Source: the human T2T-CHM13v2.0 reference genome, Homo sapiens
Assembly (NCBI RefSeq): GCF_009914755.1
Contig: NC_060927.1
Direction: 5' to 3' (one strand)
Length of the DNA stretch: 64,000 nucleotides
In this document: in pieces, positions 1-13,539 of the stretch
Position numbering within the stretch: the stretch's first letter is position 1
Layout: every line of letters starts with the position of its first letter
Program-made: the position numbers and the translations under genes
Notes under the pieces: generated by a model
Database searches by the model: none
What the model saw: only the letters and a program-made list of their open reading frames with translations
What the model was told of the DNA's origin: nothing

Positions 1-1051
1 GAGCTCCCCTGTGTGAGGTGTCTCTTGACCCCTGCTGTGAGGTTTCTCCCAGTCAGGAGGCACAGGGGTCAGGGACCCACTTGAGGAGGCAGTCTGTCCC
101 TTAGCAGAGCTCAAGCACTGTGCTGGGAAATCTGCTGATCTCTTCAGAGCTGGCAGGCAGGAATGTTTAAGTCTGCTGAAGCTGCATTCACAGCCTCCCC
201 TTCCCCCAGGTGCTCTGTCCCAGGGAGATGAGAGTTTTATCTATAAGCCCCTGAGTGGGGCTGCTGCCTTTCTTTCAGAAATGCCCTGCCTAAAGAGGAG
301 GAATCTAGCAAGGCAGTCTGGCTACAGTGGCTTTGCTGAGCTGTGGTGGGCTCTGCCCAGTTCGAACTTCCTGGGGACTTTGTTTGTTTACACTGTGAGG
401 GGAAAACCACCTACTCAAGCCTCAGTAATGGTGGACATCCCTCCCCAAACTGAGCTCAAACGTCCCAGGTCAACTTCAAACTGCTGTGCTGGCAGCGAGA
501 ATTTCAAGCCAGTGGATCTTAGCTTGCTGGGCTCCATGGGGGTTGGATCTGCTGAGCTAGACCACTGGCTCCCTGGCTTCAGCCCCCTTTCCAGGGGAGT
601 GAATGGCATCTTGCTGGCATTGCAGGCGCCACTGGGGAATGAAAAAAACTCCTGCAGCTAGCTCAGTGTCTGCCCAAACAGCAGTCCAGTTTTGTGCTTG
701 AAACCCAGGGCCCTGGTGGCGAAGGCGCCTGAGGGAATCTCCTGGTCTGTGGATTGCGAAGATCACAGGAAAAGCACAGTGTCTGGGCCAGAGTGCACCA
801 TTCCTCAAGGCACAGTGCCTCACAGCTTCCCTTGGCTAGGGGAGGGAGTTCCTGACCCCTTGCACTCATGGGTGAGGCGATGCCCACTCTGCTTCAGCTC
901 GCTCTCTGTGGGCTGCATCCACTGTCTAACCAGTACCAGTGAGATGACCCAGGTACCTCAGTTGGAAATGCAGAAACCACCTGCCTTCTGGGTTGATCTC
1001 GCTGGGAGCTGCAGACTGGAGCTGTTTTTATTGGCTATCTTGCCAGTGACC
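1..1051 (-). mobile_element. LINE-1 5'UTR (L1PA7/L1PA8-type); element continues off the left edge
   Basis: Reverse complement of the primate L1 5'UTR: gggacccacttgaggaggcagtctgtccc, gtttaagtctgctgaag, gagatgacccaggtacctcagttggaaatgcagaa and the terminal ggagctgtttttattggctatcttg. The gagaatttcaagccagtggatcttagcttgctgg block is recalled as typical of PA7/PA8. Confidence 0.92.
428..661 (+). CDS. L1 ORF0-like antisense ORF, 77 aa (MVDIPPQTELKRPRSTSNCCAGSE...); expression unknown
   Basis: ATG in gtaATGG context, in frame within the 281-661 ORF. It aligns with recalled L1HS ORF0 (MAGAPPPASLPPCSLISDCCASN...SVGVGPSE) at the homologous 5'UTR position. Confidence 0.5.
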   Translation: MVDIPPQTELKRPRSTSNCCAGSENFKPVDLSLLGSMGVGSAELDHWLPGFSPLSRGVNGILLALQAPLGNEKNSCS

Positions 1052-1140
1052 AGAGATGGTTTCTTTATCTGCCAAATAGCAGGGTCCTTTCCACCTTCAT
1101 GAATCTGTAATATGATTCTATGACAATGTATTTTAAGCTA

Positions 1141-1429
<289 letters not shown>

Positions 1430-1487
1430 TATATTAAACTTTAATGTGCGTAATTCACTTAGGTATCTTGTTATAGTGCAGATCATT

Positions 1488-1575
1488 ATTTAGTAGGTCT
1501 GGTTTAGACCCAAGATTCTGCATTTCTAACAAGCTCCCATGTGATGCCAGTGATATTGGTGCATGGGCCAATGCT
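1488..1575. mobile_element. MER5-type hAT-Charlie MITE fragment
   Basis: gtaggtctgg...caagattctgcatttctaacaagctccc..gtgatgc matches the MER5 core. Confidence 0.7.
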
Positions 1576-1754
1576 CTACTAAACAATTTTGATTCTTCTT
1601 TCCTCTTCAAGAAATTAAGAATTTCTTTATAGAAACAGGGACATATACACTTAGAAGAGTTTTTATTTAAGGAAGCTCAGGTGAATCTTTATACATTATG
1701 TAAAATATGTATCATAAGGCATATATCTGCCTTAAAAATATATTATTTTTACTA

Positions 1755-4000
1755 CTACGTATTGATTAGAATGGCTACTTTTTAAATTAAAAATTGATAA
1801 CTCAAATTGCAGGGAAAGATATGGAGGAATAGGAACTCTCATTCATTGATGGTGGAAATGCAAGATGTTGCAACTACTCTGGAAGATCGTTTGGCAGTTT
1901 CTTCCAATGATAAAAATAGTCTTATTGTATGACTCAGCAATCATACTCCTAAGTATTTGCTGACTTAAAAACCTATGTACACACAAAATCTGCATGCAAT
2001 GTTTATAGCATCTTTTTCTTAATAACCATCTAAAACTGGAAGCAACCAAGATGTCCTTCAATATGTGACTTGATAAACAGTAGTATGACATTAAAATGGG
2101 AAATTAGTTGTCAATAAAAGAAAAGATCAAGGCCATGCAAAGACATAAAGATGAATGCATATTGCTAAGCTAAGTATACCAGACTGAAAAGGCTACATGT
2201 ATTTTTCAGTTTACATGACATTCTGAAAAGGCAAAACTTAGACAAGGTAAACAGATCAGTGATTGTCAGTGGTTTTGGGAGAGAGATTCAATGAGCAAAG
2301 CACAGGAGATGTTTTTAGGGAGGTAAAGCTATTCTTTTTCATACTATAAAGCTAGATACATGACAGTATGAATTTGTTAGTATCCATAGAAACTTATGGC
2401 ATAAAAAGTAAACGTTAGTGTATAAAATTAAAAATTATAATATGGGAGGTTGATGTATCCAAGTATGGAAGGCAAAATTTTTACAAATGACTCTAACTGT
2501 ATGAAAGTGTATGCTGCAACCTCACTATAGAGGGTAAGGAAGAGGGTGCTGAACTAAGCAACTCAGGTAATGATTGAAGTCTGCACAACTAAGGGCAAAA
2601 GGAACTATACATAAACACTGTGCTCTAGTGATAAAGTTATTTCCCATGAGTATATGGGTTAAAAATTACAAAATTGCTATGCATGTATACTAGAATCGAC
2701 CAACTAAGTAAACTAATGGCAGATTGCAGTAGCCAGGTTCTTTATTATGGGAGCAGGAATTTACAGATAAGTAAGGGAAGGAGACTATAGTGATTCATAT
2801 AGTAATGGATTAGAATTGGAGACATCAGCTATCTATATTAAGCTAAACATGAGTTTAGCTTATATTTAGCTTAATAAAGATATAGATGGCTACATATCAA
2901 AATATTTATAAATATGTATATATACACAGATTAGTACACATACATATTTCCTTGTTCAATCAGCTGATAGGGCCTAGAAGCAACAAAATCCTAGTAGCAA
3001 TGAACAAACCTGGAACCAAGATCTTAGTTTACCCAATAAAAGGACCCAGGGGTTTTAGAAACATGGCTGATTCTAAGACTTGGACAGGAAATATGGAACA
3101 TAGCATTGAGAATCCGTAGTCCTAGCAAGTTAGGAAGTACCCAAAACAAACGAACAAAAATATTATCAACAGCAACCCGCACCCTCAACAATGATAGTGT
3201 TAAAGGAGCACAGGAGTCAACTAAAGACCTCTGAATAGTTAAACCTGGAACTATTTGAGCAAATTAATTGATTAAATAGTGTTGGGTTATAATATAGAGT
3301 GTAAAACAAATATCCATGAGTCCATGTGACATAAACAAATGATTGAATAAGTAAATGGGGAGAATAGAAAAATACCCTAGGTAGAATAAATTCAAATAAC
3401 TTATATAGGTCCTCTGCTATCAAGGGAGTGGAGTGTATTTCCCCACTTCTTACATGTGAGCTGTACATAGTGATTCCTTCCAAAGAGTATAGTTTGGAAA
3501 GGTAAAAACAGTGAGTAACTTAACAGCAGAGAAACCCAATAAACTAGCCAGATGATCAAGGTTGATATCAACAGTAACAAATCATAGTAATTGCACTTCA
3601 ATATAGTATGATAAAAATTGCACTTTACTACTGTGGTCTTCTTCCCCAAAACGCATAACTCGTCTAATCATGAGAAAAACATCAGACAAATTCTAATTGA
3701 GCAATAGTCTATAAAATAAATACCTCACCAATGCCCTAAAAACTGTCAAGGTCATCAAAAAATATCATAGCTAACAAGAGCCCAAGGAGACATGACAACT
3801 AAATGTAATGTGTGATACTGGAACAACAAAAATAAGCTCATTAGGTAAAAACTAAAGAAATTGGCATGAAGTATAGATTTCCATTAATAATAGTGTACCA
3901 GTATTAGTTCATTGATTGTGACAAATGTACCATATTAATGGGAAGACTGGGTATGTGGTAGATGGGAACTCTCTATGCTATCTTCCAAATTTTAATACAT
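1755..4000 (+). mobile_element. Old L1 (L1MC/L1MD-type) ORF2 end and long 3'UTR
   Basis: ggaactctcattcattgatggtggaaatgcaa (ORF2 C-terminus); 3'UTR hallmarks atcatgagaaaaacatcagacaaa and ttgtgacaaatgtacca...gggaactctctatgctatct. Confidence 0.8.
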
Positions 4001-4480
4001 TTAATTTAAATATACTTTATCTGACCAAGTATTATCAAATTTTTCCCCAAATGGAAACCACGGTTTGTACCCTGTGCTCCCTCCATTTTCTTCCTGGTTA
4101 TAGCTAAACATATGCTGACCCACACGTGTGTTATAAAGTCATGTGATGAACAGGTTAGATTTCAAGTAATTATTTTAATAATTTGAATTAAAAAACAGAA
4201 TGAGTTTGGCAATGAGCAGCAGAAATGAAGGGAAAAGGAGGTGTAGCCAAATTTATTTGAAAGTAGAAGTTATTAGGGAGTCAAGAGGATCTGCAAGAGC
4301 AAATGAAAAAATCAATAGGAAGGGAGAGAACCAAATGCACAACAAGGAAAGCAGATATGCTCTGAAAAAAAGACCAGGTGGTCCATGAAAGAGGGAGACA
4401 CCAATCTTTGGATCTGCCTCAATTTCCAGCTATTTTCTTGCCCAAACTCTGCCTTTATTTTTACCACAAAACCTTCTTTA

Positions 4481-4744
4481 GGCTGGGCATGGTGGCTCAC
4501 ATCTCTAATCCCAACAGTTTGGGAGGCTGAGGCAAGCTGACTGCTTGAGCCCAGGAGTTTGAGACCAGCCTGGGAAACATGGCAAAACCCCATCTCTACA
4601 AAAATTAGCCAGTGGTGCACTCCTGTAGTCTTGGCTGCTTGGGAGGCTGAGGTGGGAAGATCACTTGAGCCCAGACTGAGCTAAAATAAGCCATGATTGT
4701 GCCACTGCACTCCAGCCTGGGTGACAGAGCCAGACTCTGTCACA
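4481..4744 (+). mobile_element. AluJ
   Basis: ggctgggcatggtggctcac ... gcttgagcccaggagtttgagaccagcctggg (J diagnostics) ... gagccagactctgtc. Confidence 0.92.
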
Positions 4745-4868
4745 AAGAAAGGCAGAAAAGAAATTAAGAGAGAGAGACAGAGGGAAGGACGGAAGGAAGG
4801 AAGGAAGGGGAAGGGGAAGGGGAAAGGGAAGGAGAAGGGGGAGGGGAAGGGGAAGGGAAGAAAGAAAC
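4745..4868 (+). repeat. Purine-rich (GA / GGAA / GGGGAA) tract derived from the Alu tail
   Basis: gagagagacagagggaaggacggaaggaaggaaggaaggggaaggggaagggg. Confidence 0.9.
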
Positions 4869-6391
4869 TGTCTTTGTCTGGTGATCTGGGGTCTGATGTT
4901 TGCATTATACTTGCCAAAACCAAATAAGATCATTGTGGGGCTGAATTTTATAGATACTTTTTGTTCATATTGAACTCTTATTTCTACTCTCTCTATTGAG
5001 TAGAGATAGTAGTCTCCCAAAGACTGCTGCCCTTGGATAATAAACAGACTCTGATCATTTATTAGCCAATAACTCTAGAAGTTGTCTAAGACAAGGGAAC
5101 TAAACTCCTTATTCAATCCCCTGGGATAGTGTTTCTTGGGCAGAGAAGGGGCTTGCAGAATACTTGGAGTTGGGGGATAATTATATAATAGCATTCAGTT
5201 GCAATGGATTCTTGCTGGTAAATGTTAAATTATCATTCTTGAGCAAGTGTTCTCACAGAAGCATAGACTTGCAGTATATCATGGCTCATTTTTTAGTGAA
5301 AACAAGTAAATGATTATGAAAAACTAACTAATATGCATGATTGTACCCCAGCTCCCTATAACCCTTCCCTGCTTTTGGCTGGAAATGTTAATTCATAACT
5401 GAGAAATCACAACCAAATAAATGAAACTCTTTGAGAGAACCATTCTTCTTCTTTATTGCAGCATGCTGAAATCTTCTTTATGGAATAGCTCAAGGAAGCA
5501 CAAGTAGCAAATCAGATACTTTTACCACCCCTGAGAATTTTTTAAGCTCCCCATGAATCTGAAGCTAATTTACAAGTTTTGATTGTTCTCAATCTGAAAT
5601 GAAGCTCAGGTAGGTTAGGCAAACGGTCTCACTGGCCCAATTTCCTTCCATTCCACATAGGCAACATCCTTCCTATTTGGAGAGTATGTTGATAATGTTT
5701 TGTCACTAATGATTCTGGCCTGCTGAGAGTCCCTGAAGACAACAATGGTTTTTAAAGGGAGTTATAATTGTTAGACTTTGCTAATGCTCCTTGAGATCCT
5801 TGTTGTGCCACAGCAGTTACCTAATATTCCCCAATATCCCCATAGAGAATTAAACCAAAGCCTTCTGGTGCCATCTGGTATAATAACTGGAAAACTGAAC
5901 AAAACCTTTAGTATGAAGTTGCAATGCAATTACAGTCTAACCTAAGGAAGGAAAAAAGGAACAATAATTTAATCAAGAACAAACATATTTTTTAAAAGTC
6001 TTTCTATCCAAAACTTTGTTAGTGAGAAGAACATAAGCATCAGGAAAATCATAGTCTCTGACCTCAGTGAACTCACAATCTAGCGGGAAAAGCAGAAGCA
6101 TAAAGTACAAACTAAGCACAATCAGAAAAGCTGCTCAATTGTGTTCAGGTGACAGGGGCCTAGGGATAAAGCTAATAAGAAAGGACTAATACTTTAGGAA
6201 TAAAGAATGGGACAGAGAAAGCATTCGAGATAAGATAACACTAAATTTGGGACCAACAGATGAGTAGAAGTCTTCCAAGAGAAAAGACCAGGGAATGATA
6301 TTCTAGGGAAAGGAAATAGAAAAATCAAAGATATGGAAGCATAAAAATGCTTATATGTCAGGGAAAAGTTGGATAATATCATAGGGCTAGA

Positions 6392-6570
6392 ATAGTTCTA
6401 CTTGAAGTGTGATCCATGAACCAGCAGGATCATCACCTGGGAGCATATTAGAAATGCCAATTATCAGACCACAATTCTTATTGCCTGAATGAGACTCTCT
6501 GGAAGAGGGATTTAGCAGTCTAATTTAGCTCTTTGGGTGATTCTGACACAGGTTTGAGCAGCACTGGACT
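6392..6570. mobile_element. MER5-type MITE
   Basis: aagtgtgatccatgaaccagcaggatcatcacctgggagcatattagaaatg ... gtgattctg...gtttgagcagcactg. Confidence 0.7.
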
Positions 6571-6964
6571 GAAACACTAACTGATTTTGGAGATGGACTA
6601 CGGGGAAGGGGAGCAGGGTAGATTGGAGGTGGGGCCATGTCTTGATGAATCATGGTCATTAATTAAGCATAATTAAGCTAACTGAAAATACAATGAATGA
6701 AATAAATGATTGGTTTTGAATAAATAGCACCATGTCACCCAAAAATAAACATAATATCAGGATGTGAATGTCACAGTGATGATCCAAGGACGATAACTAA
6801 CTAGATGTGTCCACCTTACAAGACAGAGCAGAGCTAGCTGAAATTAAATGTTGAGAGAGGGAAATTGTAGAAGTGGCTGAAATATCCACTATAAAATATA
6901 TTACAAAAGAGATGTGAATTGAAATAAAACTAGAATTTATCTTTCCTTTGCCAATTTTTCTCAA

Positions 6965-7080
6965 GTATTCCTTTTATTCAACATGTGTTAAATACCTACT
7001 ATATGCTAGGTACTTTGCCACATACTGCGGACATAACCCAAATGTGATGGTCCTTGGCCTCAAGAATGTTATCATCTATT
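6965..7080 (-). mobile_element. L2 3' fragment
   Basis: ttattcaacatgtgttaaatacctactatatgctaggtact ... ggtccttggcctcaag. Confidence 0.6.
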
Positions 7081-8649
7081 GCAAAATGACTATTAGCACT
7101 TATGGAGTGCTTACAAAGTGCCAATCACTGTCTAACATTGGAAATAATCTTATTTTCTGAGCAACATCCCTGAGTAACTTACCTGAGTCTGTTTGATTCC
7201 AAAGCTTACATTCTTTTTCTAATACCATGTTGTTTATTTGCATATGGCCAGAGGAACTTCATTATTATTATTAACAATGTTACTAAATACTTCTCTAGTC
7301 TAAATGGATCAAAGTTGCTATACTATTGATAGGCCAAGGCCCTTGATGATGGACATGCCATGTATTCCTGCACGACTGTGAAATTCATTTTCGCCTCTTC
7401 TGGATATGATAAATCTTGTTTCTCCCCATTTGAGCAGGTTGGTGTATCTTCTTCACCATTTTTGGCTTTGCTGACTCTTGGATCTCTCCCATAGTCATTA
7501 GTAGAGTGTTCTCCTTCTCTCTAAAACCCTATTTTGACACCTTGGATTCTCCTATTCCCCTACCTACTTAACCTCCCCTAGGATAATGTAGATTTTAGAA
7601 ATAGATAGGCAAGCTTAAAAAATCAGACTAGAGGTATGGGTAATCAAACAAAATCAAAGTGTCCAGGTGGTCAATACCCCCATGTTGGAGAAATACAGGT
7701 GAGTATGCTACACCCGACTATTTTTTAGAATTTAAAAGTCTTGATTGGATTTGCTGCATCATAATGGGACACATCAGGAGGAAGTTTGTATCAATATACA
7801 TCCACTGGCATATGGCAGGTACCAGTGAGAAGAATTCACCTCAGATTGTGGAAGGCAGCCCCGCTCAATGGCACATTGGACCAACAGGGAAAATAGGAGC
7901 ATGCAGCAGGTAGTTGAAGCAGGTAGTTTGTGTTGGGGAGTTCAACATGCAGTAGTTGAATGTCTCAAAAGGAAAATCAGAATTCCAGGTATTCACTCAT
8001 TATCAAGGTATGTATAGTGGATCAAAATTAAAAGTTGATTCTGATCCTCAGAAAACCAAGTATAAGATAACATCAGAAGTAAAAACTAATAATGATGGCA
8101 GTGCCCAGTTCAACATCGGAAAATTCTAGGAAGAACATAAAAACAGAACACATGTACAGGGGTAAGTGTTGGAGGTAGAAAAGACCAGGAACTAAGGCAC
8201 AGAGATATTTTGAACACTTGATGAAGAAATTATTTGGCAGAGGAAGCCGGAGGTGTCTCAGCAGTCTCAAAGGTCTCAAAGATTCCTGGCACCTTCATCT
8301 TGTATAATTATTTCCAGTCAATTCTGCTTCCAAGAGAGGGCCAGAGATACTGTAGAGATAAAGCAACTGGATCTGAATAAAATGATGCAAGGAGAGGTAA
8401 TTTGCCTGTCTTTAAATCTGACTTATTTCTTCAGAAATATATTTATTTGTGCACATATGTATAAATATACATGTTTATAAAGATACAAGTATTATTTAAA
8501 TCCACTTAAATTGATCTTTTTCTAGTTTCATTTCTGTGTTAGATGCTAATCATGTGGTTATGGTGACTTCCCTTAAGTGCCTTGCAACAGACTCTGCTCC
8601 AGGAATATCCTGACACTTACATGCAAGTAATCTTCTCTTAGGGCTTTCG

Positions 8650-8825
8650 ATGCAGCCAGCTGAATGAAACTTAGTGACTCCAATCAAAGCCACATGGAGC
8701 AAAAGAACCATCCAGCTGAGTCCTGCCAGGAATCCTGACCTACAGAATTGTGAAAAATAATAAATTATTATTCAAAGCCCCTTAGCTTTGGATTGGTTTG
8801 CTAGGAAGCTGTGGGTAATTTTCTC
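8650..8825 (+). mobile_element. Old MaLR (MLT1-type) LTR 3' part
   Basis: agaaccatccagctgagtcc...tcctgacctacagaattgtgaaaaataataaatt...ttggattggtttg. Confidence 0.65.
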
Positions 8826-9094
8826 TGTTACACTAAGTAAGAATGCAATAATTTTTAAAATTTATTTTTATTGTATATATTCTATGTGTACAAAATGATG
8901 TTTCAATATACATATACATAGTGATATGATTATTACAAGTAAGCAAATTAATATACCATTACCTTCCATAGGCAACTTATTTTTTGTGGTAAAATCATCT
9001 AAAGTCTACTCTCTTAGCACATTTTCATTATACAATACAATATATTGTACATAGTCCTTTTGCTGTAGACAATAGTACAATTGTATGTGGTACT

Positions 9095-9481
9095 TAATAT
9101 GGTTAGGTTTTGTGTCCCTATCCAAATCTCATTTTGAATTGTAATTCCCATTATCTCCATAATCAACATATGTCAAATGAGAGACCAGGTGTAGGAAATT
9201 GAATCATGGGGGCGGTTTCCCCCTTGCTGGTCTCGTGATAGTGAGTGAGTTCTCATGAGATCTGGTGGTTTTATAAAAGGCTCTTCCTTGCGCGCTCGGC
9301 ACTTCTCCTTCCTGCTGCCTTGTGAGAAGCTGCCCTGCTTTCCCTTCACGTTCCACCATGATTGTAAGTTTCCTGAGGCCTCTCCGGCCATGCTGAACTG
9401 TGAGTCAATTAAACGTTTTTCCTTTATAAATTACCCAGTCTCGGGCAATTCTTTATAACAGTATGCAAATAGACTAATACA
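9095..9481 (+). mobile_element. THE1 (C/D-like) solo LTR, ERVL-MaLR
   Basis: taatatggttagg...ccaaatctcattttgaattgta ... ataaattacccagtctcggg...gactaataca; 5-bp TSD GTACT at 9090-9094 and 9482-9486. Confidence 0.93.
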
Positions 9482-9554
9482 GTACTCCTGCTGTATATTA
9501 GATCTCTAGATTTATTCATCCTACATAGCTGCAATTTTGTCCATTTTGACCTAA

Positions 9555-9941
<387 letters not shown>

Positions 9942-10088
9942 ATATTTGACTGTTTCTTAGACTTCCACATGTAAGTGACCTCGTACAATATTTGTCTTTC
10001 TGTGTCTTGCTTATTTAACTTAGCATAATGTCCTATAGATTAATCCATGTTGATTGCATTCTTTTTCAAGGCTGAATAATATACCTTT

Positions 10089-10097
10089 GGATGGATG

Positions 10098-10143
<46 letters not shown>
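10089..10143 (+). repeat. Compound STR (GGAT)3(AGAT)10
   Basis: Read directly from the sequence. Confidence 0.97.
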
Positions 10144-10759
10144 ACAATTTCTTTATCCATTGATCCATTGATGGATACTTAGGTTGTTTTCATATCTTGG
10201 CTATTGTGAACAATGCTGCAATAAACATGGGAGTGGAGATCTTTCTATGAAATGCTGACTTTATTTCTTTAAGGTATATATCCAAATAAGGAATTGCTGG
10301 GTTATATGGTAGTTCTATTGTTAATTTTTAAGGAACCTCCATAGTGTTTTTCACAATTGTGGTGCTAATTTACATCCCCACCAACAGTGTACAAGGGTTT
10401 CCTTTTCTCCACACCCTAGCCAACACTTATAATTTCTTATTTTTTTGATAATAGCTATCCTAACAGTTATAAAGTAATATCTCATTGTGGTTTTGATTTG
10501 CATTTACTTGATTATTAGTGACACTGAGCAGATTTTCATATGCCTGTTGGCTATTTGTATGCCTTCTTTGGAAAAATATCTATTCTGGGTTTTTTGTTCA
10601 TTATTAAATTGATTTTTTTTTTTGCTGTTGAGTTGTATGAGTTCCTTAAATGATTTGAATATTAACCCCTTATCAGACATATTGTTTGCAAATATTTTCT
10701 TCCAATACACAGGCTGCTTTTTCATTTTGCTGTTTCCTTTGCAGTCTTGATTGGGGCCT

Positions 10760-12130
<1,371 letters not shown>

Positions 12131-12304
12131 TCTTGGCATAAATTTGTTTATCAAAATAATGCATACTATTATTTTGAAATATTAAATAATCTTAATAAAC
12201 TTAGCCTTTAAAAAAATCCAGCAGTTCTCTGACCCTAACCAAGAAGCAATCATTTTTTACTCTGTTATCTGTTTCTTCTTGTCCTTGCCATTATATTTCT
12301 AAAC

Positions 12305-13099
12305 TGTTAATTTAAATAAGCAGCAGGTCATTGGCCTGAGGCTGCCTCTCCATACTTTGATTTCCTCTGTAACAAACCACAACCTACTTAGTACAAACTG
12401 AAAACCTAATTAGTAGTGAAAACAAACAGTTGAGCCTCATCCAATCATAAGCAGCCAAGCTTCAGCCAATCACAGGCAGCCAACTGATTAGCCCATGGTC
12501 AATAAGGGAAACACCTAGCTTATCTCTGTGGTTTGGATGTGGCTTGTTTCCTTCCAAATTTGTGTTGAAATTTAATTATTATTGTAAGAGTATTAAGAGG
12601 TGAGACCTTTAATAGGTGATTAGGCCATAAGAGCTCTGTTCTCCTTAATGTATTAATGCCATAATCACAGGATTGGGATTGTCATCTTGAGAGGGGGTTT
12701 CTTATAGAAGGACAAGTTCGGCCCCCTTCTTGCTCTTCTCTTTTGTCCTCTCTTGTTCTTCCACCTTCCACTATGGGATGATGCAACAAGAATGCCCTCA
12801 CCAGATGCCAGCCCTTTAATCTTGGACTTGCTGGCTTCCAGAAGTATGAGCCAAATAAATTTCTGTTTATTATAAATTACCCAGTCTTCAGTATTCTATT
12901 ATAGTAGTACAAAACAGACTAAGACACTAATCAAGCTATTTCTGTACTTCATTTCCATGTTCTGTTTATAAATAGTCACTGCCCATGTTGCAGAACAGAG
13001 TTCTCTAAACCTCTTTTGGCTCTGAGTGCTGCCTGATACATAAATTGTTCTTAGCCCAAATAGACTCTGTTAAATTTAATTTGCCTAATTTTTTAAACA
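12305..13099 (+). mobile_element. ERV1 solo LTR (MER57-group), split by an MST LTR
   Basis: tgttaa start, aaaacctaa, repeated ccaatc boxes, and 3' end ctctgttaaatttaatttgcctaa...aaca. Confidence 0.75.
12524..12926 (+). mobile_element. MST (C/D-like) MaLR LTR nested in the MER57-group LTR
   Basis: tggtttggatgtg...gaggtgagacctttaataggtgattagg...ccctcaccagatgcc...ataaattacccagtc...gactaagaca. Confidence 0.88.
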
Positions 13100-13191
13100 A
13101 AAAAATACACTTAGGTTATTATTTCTCAGTTTATTAAGACATTTTCTTTTCTTGCTGTAAAAAATTAAAAGTTTTTTATTTTTCACTTTAC

Positions 13192-13474
13192 TGACCAGGA
13201 GCAGTGGCACATGCTTGTAATCCCAGCACTTTGGGAGGCCGAGGTGGGTAGATCACCTGAGATTGGGAGTTCAATCTGACCAACGTGGTGAAAGCCCATC
13301 TCTACTAAAAATACAAAAATTTGCCAGGCATGGTGGCACACATCTGTAATCCCAGCTACTTAGTAGGCCAAAGCATGAGAATTGCTTGAACCCAGGAGGC
13401 AGAGGTTGCAGTGAGCTGAGATTGTTCCACTGCACTCCAGACTCTGGAGTGCAATGGAGCAAGACTCTGTCTCC

Positions 13475-13501
<27 letters not shown>
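13192..13501 (+). mobile_element. AluS with a fold-back rearrangement near its 3' end
   Basis: Full dimer with a long A-tail; actctggagtgcaatgg replaces the usual cctgggcgacag. Confidence 0.93.
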
Positions 13502-13505
<4 letters not shown>

Positions 13506-13539
13506 TTTTTTTCCTGTTCTTTTAATGATACATGCTAGA

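Noticed and set aside
692-1102. 136-aa ORF in the L1 5'UTR
   Set aside because: Non-ATG start, downstream of the ORF0-like stop, and no known counterpart.
4661-5020. Leu/Pro/Phe-rich and Lys/Gly-rich ORFs
   Set aside because: They are translations of the GA-rich simple repeat and the Alu.
7690-8170. Isolated donor motifs CAG|GTGAGT (about 7699) and GGG|GTAAGT (about 8163); also AAG|GTGAGT near 63762
   Set aside because: No clearly matched acceptor or coding signal, and such motifs are expected by chance in 64 kb.
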